Counted from the first letter of the whole stretch, positions 9,427 to 21,064 are shown. The stretch is 62,585 bases of DNA, filler included, from 8 parts of 8 records of this genome joined end to end with filler, not necessarily neighbours in it, one strand, 5' to 3'. Notes: generated by a model from the sequence alone, not told the origin. Numbers and translations are program-made.

Positions 9427-9993
9427 TCATTTCAGGGTGGTGTCTTCCGGTTTATGGTCCAGTGAACTGTATCCCTGTTTCCAGTGTTTGACGGCGACCT
9501 GAACGGCACGAAAGGTCATGAGCAGGAAACCGGCGAAGACCAGGCTGTAAATCCAGGCCATGGATACGTTAAGCGCGACCATGTACTGGTTCTTCATCAG
9601 TTTCAGGATCTTCCACGCGGTCCAGGAGCCGTAAGCGAAAAATATGATTCTGATCAGATCGACCAGAATTGACAGGAAGCGCCCGAGACGGCGGTTTATA
9701 AAACGGTAAAAGAATTCCACATGGATGTGGGTGTTTTTCCTGACTGCAATCGGTGCCCCGGCGAAGGCGACCGCGATGAGCAGGTAGCGGGCGATTTCTT
9801 CCGTCCAGGCAATCGAGTCGTTCAGAACATAACGGCTGAAAAACTGGACGAAAACGACTGCACCGAGAACCCAGAAGATAACGAAGGAGACATAGTCTTC
9901 GACATGGTAGTCTTTCCAGTTGACCTCGACATCTTCTATGAAGCCGCTCGAGGTGTCCAGGTCTGCTGCTTCCGGGGGATTCTGCTCAGTCAT
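9427..9993 (-). CDS. dctQ: TRAP transporter small permease
   Basis: WTEEIARY...HIHVE motif, four TM segments, lies between dctP and dctM. Confidence 0.92.
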   Translation of the reverse strand: MTEQNPPEAADLDTSSGFIEDVEVNWKDYHVEDYVSFVIFWVLGAVVFVQFFSRYVLNDSIAWTEEIARYLLIAVAFAGAPIAVRKNTHIHVEFFYRFINRRLGRFLSILVDLIRIIFFAYGSWTAWKILKLMKNQYMVALNVSMAWIYSLVFAGFLLMTFRAVQVAVKHWKQGYSSLDHKPEDTTLK

Positions 9994-10033
9994 TTTCGCC
10001 CTTGTTGGTTAACGGTTATTCTCTGATTCGACG

Positions 10034-11011
10034 CTACTGGATAGCCTGCAGGCGGTCATAGATCTCCTGACTCCAGGTCGCATCCGGACCGTTATGAAGT
10101 TTCATTGTCGCTTCACGGAACGAGGAAATATCCACTTTATTGACGGTGACTCCCTGGGACTCGAACCATGCGGCCAGAGATTTTTCGGACTCGAGGATGT
10201 CATCACTCGCCTTCTGGGCGGCATCTTTCATTACCTCGATAAAAATCTGTTTATCGGCGTCGGAGAGTTTATTCCAGAAAGGCCCGCCGATAATGGTCAG
10301 GAGGCTGTCGGAAATGTGGCCGGTCAGGTTGATGTACTTCTGCACTTCGTAGAATTTTTTGGCCTTGATGGTTGGCAGTGGGTTCTCCTGGGCGTCGACG
10401 ACACCCTGCTGCAGGGCGAGATAGACTTCGGCGAAGGCGATGGGCGTCGGGTTGGCGCCGCATGCCTTCGGGAACATCATGTACAGCGGGGCATTAGGCA
10501 CCCTTATCTTCAGTTTCTCCATATCCGCACAACTGTTCAGCGGCTTGTTGGAGGTGGCATGGCGCTGGCCGTAGTAGGTGTGGGCGACGATATGGTTGCC
10601 GGTTGCCTTGGTGTAGCCTGCGGAAAGTTCGGTAAACAGATCACTCTCAGTGTACTTGCGCCAGTGGTCCAGATCGCGGAACATGTATGGTGATCCGGCA
10701 ATGGCTAGGGGACCGAAGGACCTGCCGGCAAACAGGTTGCCGGAGATGATGATGTCGACGGTACCCAGAGTCAGTCCCTGGTTGATGTCGGCCTCTTTGC
10801 CGAGAGAAGAAGCGGGGAATACTTCCATTTCATAACGACCATCGGTCTTCTCCTTGAGAACCTCGGCGGCTTCGACCGCCCTGATATGATACGGCTCGCT
10901 CGTTTCATATACATGGGCGAACTTGACTTTGGTCGCCGCCATCGCAAAACCGGCGTTGACGATTGTCAGGACAACAGCACAGGCAAGTAACAGCATGAAA
11001 CGGTTTTTCAT
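10034..11011 (-). CDS. dctP: TRAP transporter substrate-binding protein (DctP/SiaP family)
   Basis: Signal peptide; KLKIRVP, EVYLALQQGVVDAQENP, KFYEVQKY motifs; GGAG RBS. Confidence 0.93.
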   Translation of the reverse strand: MKNRFMLLLACAVVLTIVNAGFAMAATKVKFAHVYETSEPYHIRAVEAAEVLKEKTDGRYEMEVFPASSLGKEADINQGLTLGTVDIIISGNLFAGRSFGPLAIAGSPYMFRDLDHWRKYTESDLFTELSAGYTKATGNHIVAHTYYGQRHATSNKPLNSCADMEKLKIRVPNAPLYMMFPKACGANPTPIAFAEVYLALQQGVVDAQENPLPTIKAKKFYEVQKYINLTGHISDSLLTIIGGPFWNKLSDADKQIFIEVMKDAAQKASDDILESEKSLAAWFESQGVTVNKVDISSFREATMKLHNGPDATWSQEIYDRLQAIQ

Positions 11012-11249
11012 TGTAGACTCCTCCAGATTTGTGGACTATGCCTTCCGATCCGCGGCGGTTCGAGTACGTCTCGTCACGTCAGGCCGGTCGGGTTTGCCCG
11101 TTTTAAAAGACGAATGTCTTTTTCGAGGGTGATCAATAGATAGCCTAACACCCCTGTCATGTCAATGTGTAAACTGGTTTGAGGTGTTGATAACATCACA
11201 ATATTAGTTATTTATTGAGCCCCGGGGCGGCCGCTTATAAGACCTGAAT

Positions 11250-11940
11250 TCAGCCGCGCAGTTCAGTGTATTCCTGGAGCATTACCCGAAATTCGTCCGG
11301 GTTCAAAACTGCTCCTTCTTCGCTTGTCTTGAAAAATGTTTTCGGCAATGTATCAGTGCTCCCGTCAAGACCTTCGCGGCGGTTGAATTCACGTGTCAGG
11401 CTGGTTGTTTTCCCGGCGGCCGCTGCCAGGTCTTCCGTGCTTATTTTCCTGCCTGTGGTTGCCTCCAACAGTTCCTGCAGTTCATCCCCCATGACAAAGT
11501 CCCGGAAGAACCGGCACAGGATCATGCAATCGATCAGCGCTCTGGCTTTTCCGGCAATCTGGTCGCGGTCGAATTCTCCCGATAATTCAGCTTTGTAAAA
11601 GGTCGTTCTGAGGTGACCAGATTTTCGCCGACGGGCCCGATGACCAGCGCGCCTGCGCCCTTGGGCGAGTGCTTGAGCCTGTGGGTTTCTGCCTTGTCGG
11701 TCTCGCCCCCCTTGATCGGGCCGGCATCGTTGAACTCCACCGAGTTCTCGGTAATGGCCAGCCAGGTCAGGCTGTCCCCTTTTTCTTTAATAATCAGGAA
11801 GTCGAACCCGCAACCTTTGATCTTCGGTGCCAGGGTTCCGCCACAATAGGATTCCCTGAACCCTCCGGTTGCCGGGCTCTTGGTGAAGACCCCGAAACGA
11901 GACTGTCCCCACATCCGTGTGCCGGTTGCCGGGAAAAAGT
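11250..11940 (-). pseudogene. Aldehyde:ferredoxin oxidoreductase (AOR family) remnant
   Basis: N-domain piece (SRFGVFTKSPATGGFRESYCGG...IGPVGENLV) is joined out of frame near 11614 to the C-domain piece (HLRTTFYKAELSG...DCMILCRFFRD...FNRREG...DTLP...EYTELRG). The 5' end and most of the middle are missing. Confidence 0.8.
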
Positions 11941-12422
11941 TCAGAGTATCTGAACTGACGCTGACTGATATCATTGAAATCCATCAAATCAGGGAAATGA
12001 TCGAGCTCTATGCCGTCAAAATGGTCGCCGGCAATAGAGAACAGGCATGGATTGATACGTTAAGCGGATATACCGAGTTGATGAAAGTTTCTTCAGATGC
12101 AAACGACCATGTTGCATTCTTCAGGAGTGATATGGCATTTCACATGCAGTTCATTATCTACTGCAACAACAGGACTTTTGAAACTCTCGTTGCCCAGCTC
12201 AACGAAAAAATACAGAGAATCAGGTACCTGACAACATTTGTCTATCGCCGCCTGGAAGACACGCTGGAAGAGCATGACGCCATACTGCTCGCCATAAAAA
12301 ACAGTGATCCAGATGGTGCTTCCACGGCGATGAAGTATCACCTGGATCAGGTAAAATACGGTGTTGTCAAACTCTTCGAGGACGGTACAATCAATTTCTT
12401 CGGTGGGGTGAGTGTCGGGTAA
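11925..12422 (+). pseudogene. GntR-family regulator, FCD domain only (HTH lost)
   Basis: FRVSELT..DIIEIHQIREMIE, DMAFH, EEHDAILLAI...AMKYHL are FCD motifs; upstream sequence is the antisense strand of the AOR remnant. Confidence 0.7.
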
Positions 12423-12465
12423 TCCTGCCTTCGTTCAACGCTGTCGATAGTTGCAGGTCGATTAC

Positions 12466-12565
12466 NNNNNNNNNNNNNNNNNNNNNNNNNNNNNNNNNNN
12501 NNNNNNNNNTTAATTAATTAANNNNNNNNNNNNNNNNNNNNNNNNNNNNNNNNNNNNNNNNNNNN
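12466..12565. other. Artificial contig spacer (also at 20933-21032, 26048-26147, 35277-35376, 43940-44039, 51297-51396, 56846-56945)
   Basis: N44 + TTAATTAATTAA (stop codons in all six frames) + N44, repeated identically seven times. Confidence 0.99.
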
Positions 12566-12566
12566 G

Positions 12567-13079
12567 CTTCCCATGGTGCTGATCGGACACTCCATGGGCG
12601 GTATGATTGCAGCGCGATATGCCCAGCACCACGGCAAGGAACTGAACGCTCTGGTACTGTCCGGCCCCATGTTCGGTGCCCGGGAGGTACTCAAGCAGCT
12701 GGTGGCCATGGACCCCATACCGGAGATCCCCCTGGATCCCGGTGTCCTTTCCCGAGATCCGTCAGTGGGGGTAGCCTATGCGGAAGATCCACTGGTTTGG
12801 CATGGCCCATTTCATCGTCCAACGGTTGAGGCCATGCTTGCGACCATTGCGGCGGTGGAGGCAGGTCCCTCACTGGGCGATCTGCCCATGTTCTGGATCC
12901 ACGGCGAATCGGATATGCTGGTTCCCTTGGCCGAGACGCGGCCTGTGATTGCGCATTTACAGAGCTCCGTCTATGAGGAGAAGATCTATCCGGGCGCCAT
13001 GCACGAAGTCTTCAATGAAACCAACAAGGATGAAGTGATCGGTGACGTGATCCGTTTCTTGAAGCGCTTTGTAAAATAG
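12567..13079 (+). CDS. Alpha/beta hydrolase, lysophospholipase/monoglyceride lipase-like (5' partial)
   Basis: GHSMGG nucleophile elbow, HGESD and GAMHEVFNE catalytic motifs. Confidence 0.9.
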   Translation, partial: LPMVLIGHSMGGMIAARYAQHHGKELNALVLSGPMFGAREVLKQLVAMDPIPEIPLDPGVLSRDPSVGVAYAEDPLVWHGPFHRPTVEAMLATIAAVEAGPSLGDLPMFWIHGESDMLVPLAETRPVIAHLQSSVYEEKIYPGAMHEVFNETNKDEVIGDVIRFLKRFVK

Positions 13080-13106
13080 CCATACGGGTCGGTAATGAAA
13101 CGCCGT

Positions 13107-13550
13107 TCAGGTCAAACACTCGTTAAGACCTTCGAACAGAATCATCTGGGAGCATCGGAAATGGGCGATTGTCTTTCCCGTTTCCAAGTGGGTGACCCGG
13201 GAATCCCACACCTGGGTCATCCGGCCACCGTGGACCGCTTTGGCATCACAAACCAGCGTCCCATCCCGAGCCGTACCCGTAAAATTGCTTTTCAACTCTA
13301 TGGTCGTAAAGGCTTTGGCCCCCTCAGGCAGATTGCCTACCGTACCGTAACCTGCGGCTGTATCGGCCAGGGCAATGACCGATGCGGCGTGTAAAAAACC
13401 GTTGGGTGCCAGCATGTCGCGTCGAATGGTCATTCGCATCCTTGCCGTTCCCGGTTCGACCGATATCACCTCGATGCCAAACATCCCGGGCAACAAGCCG
13501 TCTCCAAGGCGTGTCAATTTCTCATCGATTCTCTCTGCAGCAATATCCAT
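13107..13550 (-). CDS. PaaI-family hotdog thioesterase
   Basis: APNGFLHAASVIALADT, FTTIELKSNF, HGGRMTQVWD motifs. Confidence 0.9.
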   Translation of the reverse strand: MDIAAERIDEKLTRLGDGLLPGMFGIEVISVEPGTARMRMTIRRDMLAPNGFLHAASVIALADTAAGYGTVGNLPEGAKAFTTIELKSNFTGTARDGTLVCDAKAVHGGRMTQVWDSRVTHLETGKTIAHFRCSQMILFEGLNECLT

Positions 13551-13780
13551 TTTTTCATCCTTTCATCGCCGATCCAGGTAAGTGACCGGATTGCCTCTTT
13601 TCCAGATAGGGCTGATCTTGTTGGAAATGGACAAAATAAGCACAGTTCGGGCGCATGCAATTTAACAGGTCGCCACGCCGTGCTGCGTTGGCATCTCTCT
13701 GTTTCGAAGGCCTTTACGCTCACAGAATCGAACTTACATTGCGTTACTAATGCGTCAACCGGTCCTTTGAGGGTGTCATA

Positions 13781-14041
13781 ATGAATATCAACCGCATTCT
13801 GTTAATCACGGTGTGTACGTTTATCGCCTTGGCGCCAACGGCTGGTGCCCAGGATGATTTGAAAGGGCGTGCGCTGGTAGAGGCGCTTCGCCAGGGCGGC
13901 TACAATATGTACTTTCGCCACGCCGTCACGGACTGGTCTCGGGATGATCATGTCGCTAATGAAGGGGACTGGACCAGCTGCGATCCGGAACGCATGCGGC
14001 AGCTATCGGATCAGGGCAGGGTTGAGGCGCTTATTTTTTAG
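13781..14041 (+). pseudogene. Truncated secreted histidine-phosphatase-family protein
   Basis: Signal peptide, ALRQGGY..YFRHA.TD and RQLSDQGR motifs, then an abrupt stop at 86 aa. Confidence 0.6.
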
Positions 14042-14108
14042 TTTTGATGCAGTTGGAATTTTCATGAGCGAAGTTGAGATAGCTTGAAGTGCTTAGAGGC
14101 TTTAAGAT

Positions 14109-15116
14109 ATGGATTCAATAACTCAAATAACACTCGGGGCCGCCGTAGGAGAGGCTGTCCTGGGAAAGCATATCGGTAATCGGGCAATCTTATGGGGCGG
14201 CGTTTTTGGCCTCCTTCCCGATCTTGACGTGCTGATTCCGTTCGGCGATGCGGTAAAAGACTTTACCTATCACCGGGGATTCAGCCATTCTCTATTTGTG
14301 CTCACCGCGCTGACGCCAATTTTTGTTTGGCTTGTGATGAAAGTGCACCCTTCAACGGCTCAATATCGAAACCGATGGTTCTCTCTCGTTTTTCTGGCGC
14401 TGATTACGCACGTATTATTAGATTGTCTGACGGTCTATGGAACCCAGATTCTGTGGCCGCTGGCGACACCACCGGTCATGTGGTCCACCATATTCATCAT
14501 CGATCCGATCTATTCGCTCCCTTTAATCGGCGGTGTGCTCGCGGCGCTCATCTATTCAAGGAAGCGCTCACGAGGCCACATGGTCAATGCCATCTGTTTG
14601 GCATTGACAACCCTTTACCTCGCATGGAGCGTCGGCGCCAAGCTGCATGTCAACAGTATCGTAAAGCAATCTCTATCTGGGCAAGACATCGCATACGAAA
14701 GTTTTCTGACGGTTCCGGCACCATTCAATACCTTGCTGTGGCGTGTCGTGGTCATGGATGATGAAGGATATTATGAAGGGTTCTACTCCCTGTTGGATCG
14801 TAATAAGACCATTGGCTTTACCCACTATCCCAGCAAAGCGAAACTGTTGGAAACGATTGAGGATCATTGGCCGGTCAAGCGCTTGCAGTGGTTTACGCAT
14901 GGATTTTACTCCGTGCGGGAATTAAATGAAGCTGTTGTTATTTCAGATCTGAGAATGGGGTTGGAGCCCTATTATGTCTTTCAGTTTAGAGTCGGGGCTA
15001 TTGGAAATCCACATCCCGTTCCGATCCCAAATAGTCGAATTCGCACTGAGCGTGGGATAGAAATGCTATATTGGGTCTGGAAGCGAATGTGGGGCCACCA
15101 TTTCAGAGATGGGTAA
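14109..15116 (+). CDS. Inner-membrane metal-dependent hydrolase (YdjM-like)
   Basis: MDSITQ..LGAA, LPDLD, HRGFSHS, HVLLDCLTVYGT, FIIDP motifs. Confidence 0.88.
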   Translation: MDSITQITLGAAVGEAVLGKHIGNRAILWGGVFGLLPDLDVLIPFGDAVKDFTYHRGFSHSLFVLTALTPIFVWLVMKVHPSTAQYRNRWFSLVFLALITHVLLDCLTVYGTQILWPLATPPVMWSTIFIIDPIYSLPLIGGVLAALIYSRKRSRGHMVNAICLALTTLYLAWSVGAKLHVNSIVKQSLSGQDIAYESFLTVPAPFNTLLWRVVVMDDEGYYEGFYSLLDRNKTIGFTHYPSKAKLLETIEDHWPVKRLQWFTHGFYSVRELNEAVVISDLRMGLEPYYVFQFRVGAIGNPHPVPIPNSRIRTERGIEMLYWVWKRMWGHHFRDG

Positions 15117-15245
15117 TTCATAACGAAGAGAATAGTCGGTAACAGCAAAGACACCGCGTCTTTATTAATATCGTTCTGCTTTTCTATAATCGAGGCTAGA
15201 CAGGTGATGCATTCATAACCAACGGGACGCGAGGGAGTTAAGGGC

Positions 15246-16031
15246 ATGGGATCGGGCAAACGTTTCTACACCAAGGTGCTGATGCTGCTTAGCGCAATCG
15301 GTGTTCTATCGTGCACGCTCGCAATCACTTTCATTTGGTACATCACACCGTCTTTCGTGCAATCCATTTCCGGGACAATAGAAAAGATCGAGGCACTGGT
15401 CACTACCGGGCAAAAGAATGTGGGAAGAATCGATGATGCGTTGGTTCAGATAGGGAATCGAGTCGATGGCCTTCAGCGCAATGCGGAACTCAATGCCAAA
15501 TCATCTGACCCCAGTGCATCAATAGAAACAATGACTGAGATGATTAAAGAAGAGGCGCTGTCACGTAGCGTACAGGCAGCAAAGGATGCCGTAGCAAATC
15601 TTAAAAACATGATCCAATCGATGGACGCATTGATTGAATCGGTGACAGGCGTTTACCCTATTCATCTTCCACGTATTTCGGCAGACCGCCTTGAAAATGT
15701 TGAAACGCAGATGAGCGATATCGTTGCGGGCATGAAAGACCTGGAGTCGATGCCAATCGATGTGTCGCAAACTTCACTCCAGGCATTCACCAGCAAGCTG
15801 GGAAACATTCAGGGACTACTAAAGACGATACGTCTGCCACTGGATGAGGCTCAATATAGCCTTAAGCTTCCGGCGATGGCGCTTGCCAAATTAAAAACAC
15901 GCATATTTTTCTATATCTATTCTGCAGGAGTGGTACTGACCCTCCTTTTAGGCTGGTTGGCCTTCGCACAGGGGTGGGTTTTTTACTACAACTATTTTCC
16001 TGAACGGTCTTTCACCGACGGCAGAAGATAG
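15246..16031 (+). CDS. Hypothetical membrane protein (two TMs flanking a helical domain)
   Basis: 261-aa ORF with N- and C-terminal hydrophobic helices. Confidence 0.6.
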   Translation: MGSGKRFYTKVLMLLSAIGVLSCTLAITFIWYITPSFVQSISGTIEKIEALVTTGQKNVGRIDDALVQIGNRVDGLQRNAELNAKSSDPSASIETMTEMIKEEALSRSVQAAKDAVANLKNMIQSMDALIESVTGVYPIHLPRISADRLENVETQMSDIVAGMKDLESMPIDVSQTSLQAFTSKLGNIQGLLKTIRLPLDEAQYSLKLPAMALAKLKTRIFFYIYSAGVVLTLLLGWLAFAQGWVFYYNYFPERSFTDGRR

Positions 16032-16071
16032 ATAATCGGCATTCTAACCTACGCTTTACCTCTAATGAAAC

Positions 16072-16971
16072 CTATAGGGCGAGCGGGTAGCCCTTTTGTT
16101 GAAGGTGTTGGACAATCCTAAAAAGCTGATCGATGGTTTTAGAATCGGCCTCAGACCCGGGATGCCTCACTTTGGCAGTAGAAAAGATCCCAAGTCGTTT
16201 CAAAAGCTGTTTGCGAAGCGACACACCGATACCCGGTTGGAATTCCCAGCGGTTCAGGGGGACGAAATCATAGAACAGGTTGGCGGCCTCTTCTATTTGC
16301 CGGTTTCGCACAAGGTTGAACAACTGGACCAGCAATTCGGCATAGACAAATCCGGTCATTACCCCAACTGCTCCGAGCTCCAACTCCTCCAATGCATACA
16401 TACCGCCCAACGCTCCGAATACTTTCAATTCGGGGCCAACGGTTTTGGCCAGCGACTGCATCTTCATTCCCGTCGGCGGATCTTCAAGTTTGATGTAGTG
16501 GATGTTTTCCGACGCCTCGAAGATGCGGGCAATCAGTTCAACCGACATGGTGATCCCAGTGGCGGCCGGGTAGTCGTGGATGACGCAGGGGATCCCGGCG
16601 ACATCGGATACACGCCGATAATACTCTGCCAGCGCCGGGTCTTTCTGAACGTTGTGGGGGCCGAGCAAAATGGCATCTGCTCCGAGATCGCGAGCATTGC
16701 ATGCCATTTCTAAGGCCGGGTCCGTTGCCGGCGCGCGCACCCCCACGACCAGTGCCATCTCTTCCGGAATGATTTTTCGGTACCTTGAAATCACTTCCTG
16801 TCGTTCCCGGCCCGTCAGTTTATGCCCTTCGCCCAAGGCACCCAGGATGGCCAGGCCGTGGACTTTTTTGTTTGCCATAAATTCAACCAGCCGATCAATG
16901 CTGGCAAGATCGATATCGCCGTTATCCAGAAAGGGCGTTGGGACGATCGGATATATTCCTTCGAGACGCAT
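16072..16971 (-). CDS. Dihydrodipicolinate synthase-family lyase
   Basis: GIYPIVPTPF, LGALGEG, DYP..TG, YIKLED (Schiff-base Lys). Confidence 0.88.
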   Translation of the reverse strand: MRLEGIYPIVPTPFLDNGDIDLASIDRLVEFMANKKVHGLAILGALGEGHKLTGRERQEVISRYRKIIPEEMALVVGVRAPATDPALEMACNARDLGADAILLGPHNVQKDPALAEYYRRVSDVAGIPCVIHDYPAATGITMSVELIARIFEASENIHYIKLEDPPTGMKMQSLAKTVGPELKVFGALGGMYALEELELGAVGVMTGFVYAELLVQLFNLVRNRQIEEAANLFYDFVPLNRWEFQPGIGVSLRKQLLKRLGIFSTAKVRHPGSEADSKTIDQLFRIVQHLQQKGYPLAL

Positions 16972-16997
16972 CGTATTGTTCCTCTCTTGCAGGGAGT

Positions 16998-17798
16998 TTA
17001 AAGAGACCTGGTTTCGCCCCCATCGATGAGCAGCGAGACGCCATTGATGTGTCCGGCGAGGTCCGAAGCCAGAAATGCTACTGCAGCTGCCTGCTCCTCG
17101 GGGGTTGCCAGTTTGCCGCGGGGAATTCCGGCTGCCGTATTTGCCAATTCAGCATCGACGCTGATGCCTTTCTTTTTAGCTCTCGCCGCCGCCAACTCTA
17201 CAGCGCGATCGGTGAGGGTAGGGCCGGGGCCTACATTGTTGACTGTGATGCCGAAGGAGGCCACCTCTGCGGCCAGGGTTTTGGCCATTCCGGCCACAGC
17301 CAGCCGCATTCCGTTGGAAATCATAAGATTGTCTATGGGCTCTCTCAGCGCTCGGCTGGCAAAGTTGACAATTCGGCCCCATCGAGCGGCTTTCATGCCC
17401 GGCAAAACCTGGCGGATCAAGCGTACGGCGCTGAGAAATGTCATCTCGTAGCCCAAATGCCATTTTTCATCCGTAGCGTCTATAAAGGTCCCCGGCGGAG
17501 GCCCGCCGGAATTGGTCACCAGGATATCCACCGTACCTAAATCGGCGTTCACATATTCTACGAGTTTTTTAATTGAATCCGCCTGTGTCAGATCGGCCGG
17601 GTATGCTCCGGTCGGGCCGTTCAGACGGACAGCTTGAACCTGCTCCAATGCTTGGCCGAGCCTGGCTTCATCTTTGTCGCAGATGGCCACATGACACCCC
17701 TCCATTGCCAGCCGCTTTGCAGTCGCCAATCCAAGGCCGCCGGCCGAAGCTCCGACCAAGGCTACCTTCCCAGCAATGCCTAAATCCATTGTTCCCAT
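16998..17798 (-). CDS. SDR-family oxidoreductase
   Basis: ALVGASAGGLG, ILVTNSGGPPPG, GITVNNVGPG, IDGG motifs. Confidence 0.9.
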   Translation of the reverse strand: MGTMDLGIAGKVALVGASAGGLGLATAKRLAMEGCHVAICDKDEARLGQALEQVQAVRLNGPTGAYPADLTQADSIKKLVEYVNADLGTVDILVTNSGGPPPGTFIDATDEKWHLGYEMTFLSAVRLIRQVLPGMKAARWGRIVNFASRALREPIDNLMISNGMRLAVAGMAKTLAAEVASFGITVNNVGPGPTLTDRAVELAAARAKKKGISVDAELANTAAGIPRGKLATPEEQAAAVAFLASDLAGHINGVSLLIDGGETRSL

Positions 17799-17983
17799 CC
17801 TTTCCTTCTTTGTGGAAATCCAGAGTTCAAGAGGACCGATATCCCACTATTAAACCGGCAAATTAATAGCGCAAGCCCTTAATTTTAATTCGATTACAAA
17901 AGGCCTTGTTTTTCTTAAAACTACTAAGCTACCATTAAAAACCATGGTGAGTTTTTAAGATCCCTTTATCGGTGGTGTCGACA

Positions 17984-20932
17984 ATGGGTAATGAAGCAAA
18001 AGCCGCATACCCCAAATGGCATTTGGCAGCATTTGCGGCCGCTATTTCTGTGCTTTTGGTTGTTGGTTCATGGTTTTTTAGAGATCAGTATATCCTTCAA
18101 CAGGAAACGGTGGAATCGCATCTTCGGTCCATCGCCACGCTAAAGGCCAGGCAGATAGAAAATTGGCGAATGGAAAAAATCGCCGATGCCGCTGTGCTCA
18201 TGGAGCGGATCCATCTCATCACCTCTGTAGATCGGTTTTTGGCATCGAATGATCCCCATGAAGCCGCCGAAATCTTGAGGCGTCTTCGCACCATGAGAAC
18301 GTTCCACCATTACGAGGACATACTTCTGGTGGACCTGGATATGAAGCCGAGGTTAAGCTTGCGTCCAGGTCCTTTTAAGGTGCCTACACAATACATCTCA
18401 TCGATAAGAGACGCTTTTAACCGACAGGCTCCCGTATGGACACCGATTATCGTCGAGCCCGATTACCCCGATCCTCACCTGGCGGTTGCCGTCCCGCTCT
18501 TCATCAACAATGGCAAGGAAAAAGCTGTCGGCGCACTTATCATGATCAACAATGCGGCCCAGTATCTTTATCCGATCATTCAATCGTGGCCCACCCCAAG
18601 CACAACGGCGGAAACGCTTCTGGTACGAAAAAGCGGTGATGAGGTTCTTTTTCTGAATGAGCTGCGCCATGCGAATGATACGGCCTTAAAGCTGCGCATC
18701 CCCATGAGTCAGGGCGATCTTCCCGCTGCGATGGTCGTATCGGGGCAGGAGGGGTTTGTCATCGGGAGAGACTATCGCGGCGTAGCGGTTGCTTCGGTCA
18801 TTATGCCCATTTCCCAATCGCCTTGGTTCATGGTGGCCAAAGTGGATCGGGCGGAGGCTTTTTCCGAGTGGCGGGCACGATCGTTGCTGATGGTTTGCTT
18901 GATGCTGGTAGCTGGGGGGCTCGTTGTTGTTTTGGCGATTTTTTTCCGACAGCGGTATCAGAAGGTCTGGTATCGAAAATTGTATCAAACAGAAACGGCC
19001 CTGAACAGAGCTATGGAACGCCATAGCATTACGTTGAGGTCCATCGGCGATGCCGTGATCGCCTCGGATTCAGAAGGACGGGTGGAGTTGATGAATCCGG
19101 TGGCTGAAAGATTGACCGGATGGCGGTTTGAAGAGGCGGCGGGTAAAGAGGTTAAAGAAGTATTTAACATTATCAGTGAGGGCACACGTGAGAAGGCAGA
19201 AGATCCGGTAATGCTTGTATTGGCGTCCGGAAGGGTACAGGGGTTGGCCAATCACACACTGTTGATCTCTAAAAATGGAGATGAGATTCCCATTGCCGAC
19301 AGCTGCGCACCGATTAAAAATAATAAGGGCGAATCGATCGGCATCGTTCTGGTATTCAAGGACCAAACCAATGAACGGAGGCAGCAGAGTGCCCTGGCAG
19401 AGAGCGAACAGAAATTTCGGCTGCTGTCTGAAAACAGCCTTGATGTCATCTGGACCATGAATTTTGAACTGGCGTTTACCTATGTGAATCCGGCCGTGGA
19501 GGCGATGACAGGGCACACACCGGAGGAGTGGATCGGTAGTCGCCTGCCTGAGCACTGTGATGAGGAGCATTTTTCGAAAATGACACAGGTCATTGCCGAG
19601 GAGATGGCCAAGGGTACTGAAGCCACTGGGGTGGTATTCGAAACGGTCATGTTGAAAAAGAGCGGCGATCCGGTTCCGGTCGAAATCCGGGGCAAAATTA
19701 TATACGACGAGAACGGCCAGCCGAACAGTCTCCAAGGGGCCACCCGGGATATCACGGAGAGAAAGCATGCTGAGGAGATGCAAAAGGAGTTGCAGGAACA
19801 GCTGCATCAGGCACAGAAAATGGAATCCATCGGTCGATTGGCCGGCGGTGTGGCTCACGACTACAATAACATCCTCAGTGTGATCATCGGTTACACAGAG
19901 TTGTCACTGGATGATGCCGCGCCGGGAGAACTGTTGTATGATAATTTGCAGGAGGTGCTCAAAGCCGCCTTTCGCTCCAGGGATGTGACCCGTCAGCTAC
20001 TGGCCTTTGCGCGCAGAGAGACCGTCGCGCCCAAAGTGCTGGATCTGAATCATACCCTGGAGGGCATGCTCAAAATGATTCGGCGGCTTATCGGAGAGAA
20101 TATTCAACTGGCCTGGCTCCCGGGGGAATTGCTGTGGCCGGTTAAGATGGATCCGTCTCAGATCGACCAGATATTGGCCAACTTATGCATAAATGCACGA
20201 GACGCGATTTCGGAATTGGGCACCATTTCCATTGAAACGGGCATCGTCACCTTGGATGAGATTTACTGCAAACAGCACCGGGGTTTCATCCCTGGGGATT
20301 TCGTGACGCTATCCGTCAGTGACGATGGATCCGGCATGGATAGAGAGACGCTCGACATGATATTCGAGCCCTTTTTCACAACCAAAGAACTCGGGGCCGG
20401 TACCGGATTGGGACTCTCCACTGTCTACGGTATTGTAAAACAAAACAATGGTTTTATTAATGTATACAGTGAATTGGGTAAAGGGACCACTGTCCGGATC
20501 TATTTCCCCAGACATGCGGGGGCTATCGAAGATAAGCAACAACAAGCGAAGGTTCAGGCCCTGAAGGGCAGGGGAGAGACGATTCTGGTGGTAGAGGACG
20601 AGGCTTCAATCTTGCGATTGACCGGTATTATCCTTAGACGCATAGGTTACAATGTATTGCCGGCGAACTCTCCGGAAGAGGCCATGCGAATTGCAAAGGC
20701 TCATGACGGCGATATCGCTCTTTTAATCACCGATGTGATAATGCCGGAAATGAACGGCAGGGAACTGACGGAACAGCTGCAGACCATCTTCCCGACGATA
20801 AAATATCTGTTCATGTCAGGTTACACGGCTGACGTGATCGCCCGCAGCGGCGTATTGGAACGCGGGGTTCATTTTATCCAAAAACCATTCGCACAAAACG
20901 ATTTGGCTGTTAAAATCCGAGAGGTGCTGGAC
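17984..20932 (+). CDS. Hybrid sensor histidine kinase (periplasmic sensor, two PAS, HisKA, HATPase, receiver); 3' end cut at contig edge
   Basis: QAQKMESIGRLAGGVAHDYNN H-box, NLCINARDA, FEPFFTTK, GTGLGLS, LVVEDE/TDVIMP receiver. Confidence 0.95.
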
Positions 20933-21032
20933 NNNNNNNNNNNNNNNNNNNNNNNNNNNNNNNNNNNNNNNNNNNNTTAATTAATTAANNNNNNNNNNNN
21001 NNNNNNNNNNNNNNNNNNNNNNNNNNNNNNNN

Positions 21033-21058
21033 ACACACACACACACACACACACACAC
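21033..21058. repeat. (CA)n microsatellite at contig end
   Basis: acacacac... run lying within an intron. Confidence 0.95.
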
Positions 21059-21064
21059 AATTAC

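Noticed and set aside
5841-12422. Additional defence genes or integrase making a defence island around muk-jetD
   Set aside because: Downstream genes are transporters and metabolic relics; the upstream flank is outside the window and cannot be assessed.
12466-12565. Recurrent TTAATTAATTAA motif in N runs as a biological repeat
   Set aside because: It is an identical artificial six-frame-stop linker between contigs; genes on either side are not neighbours.
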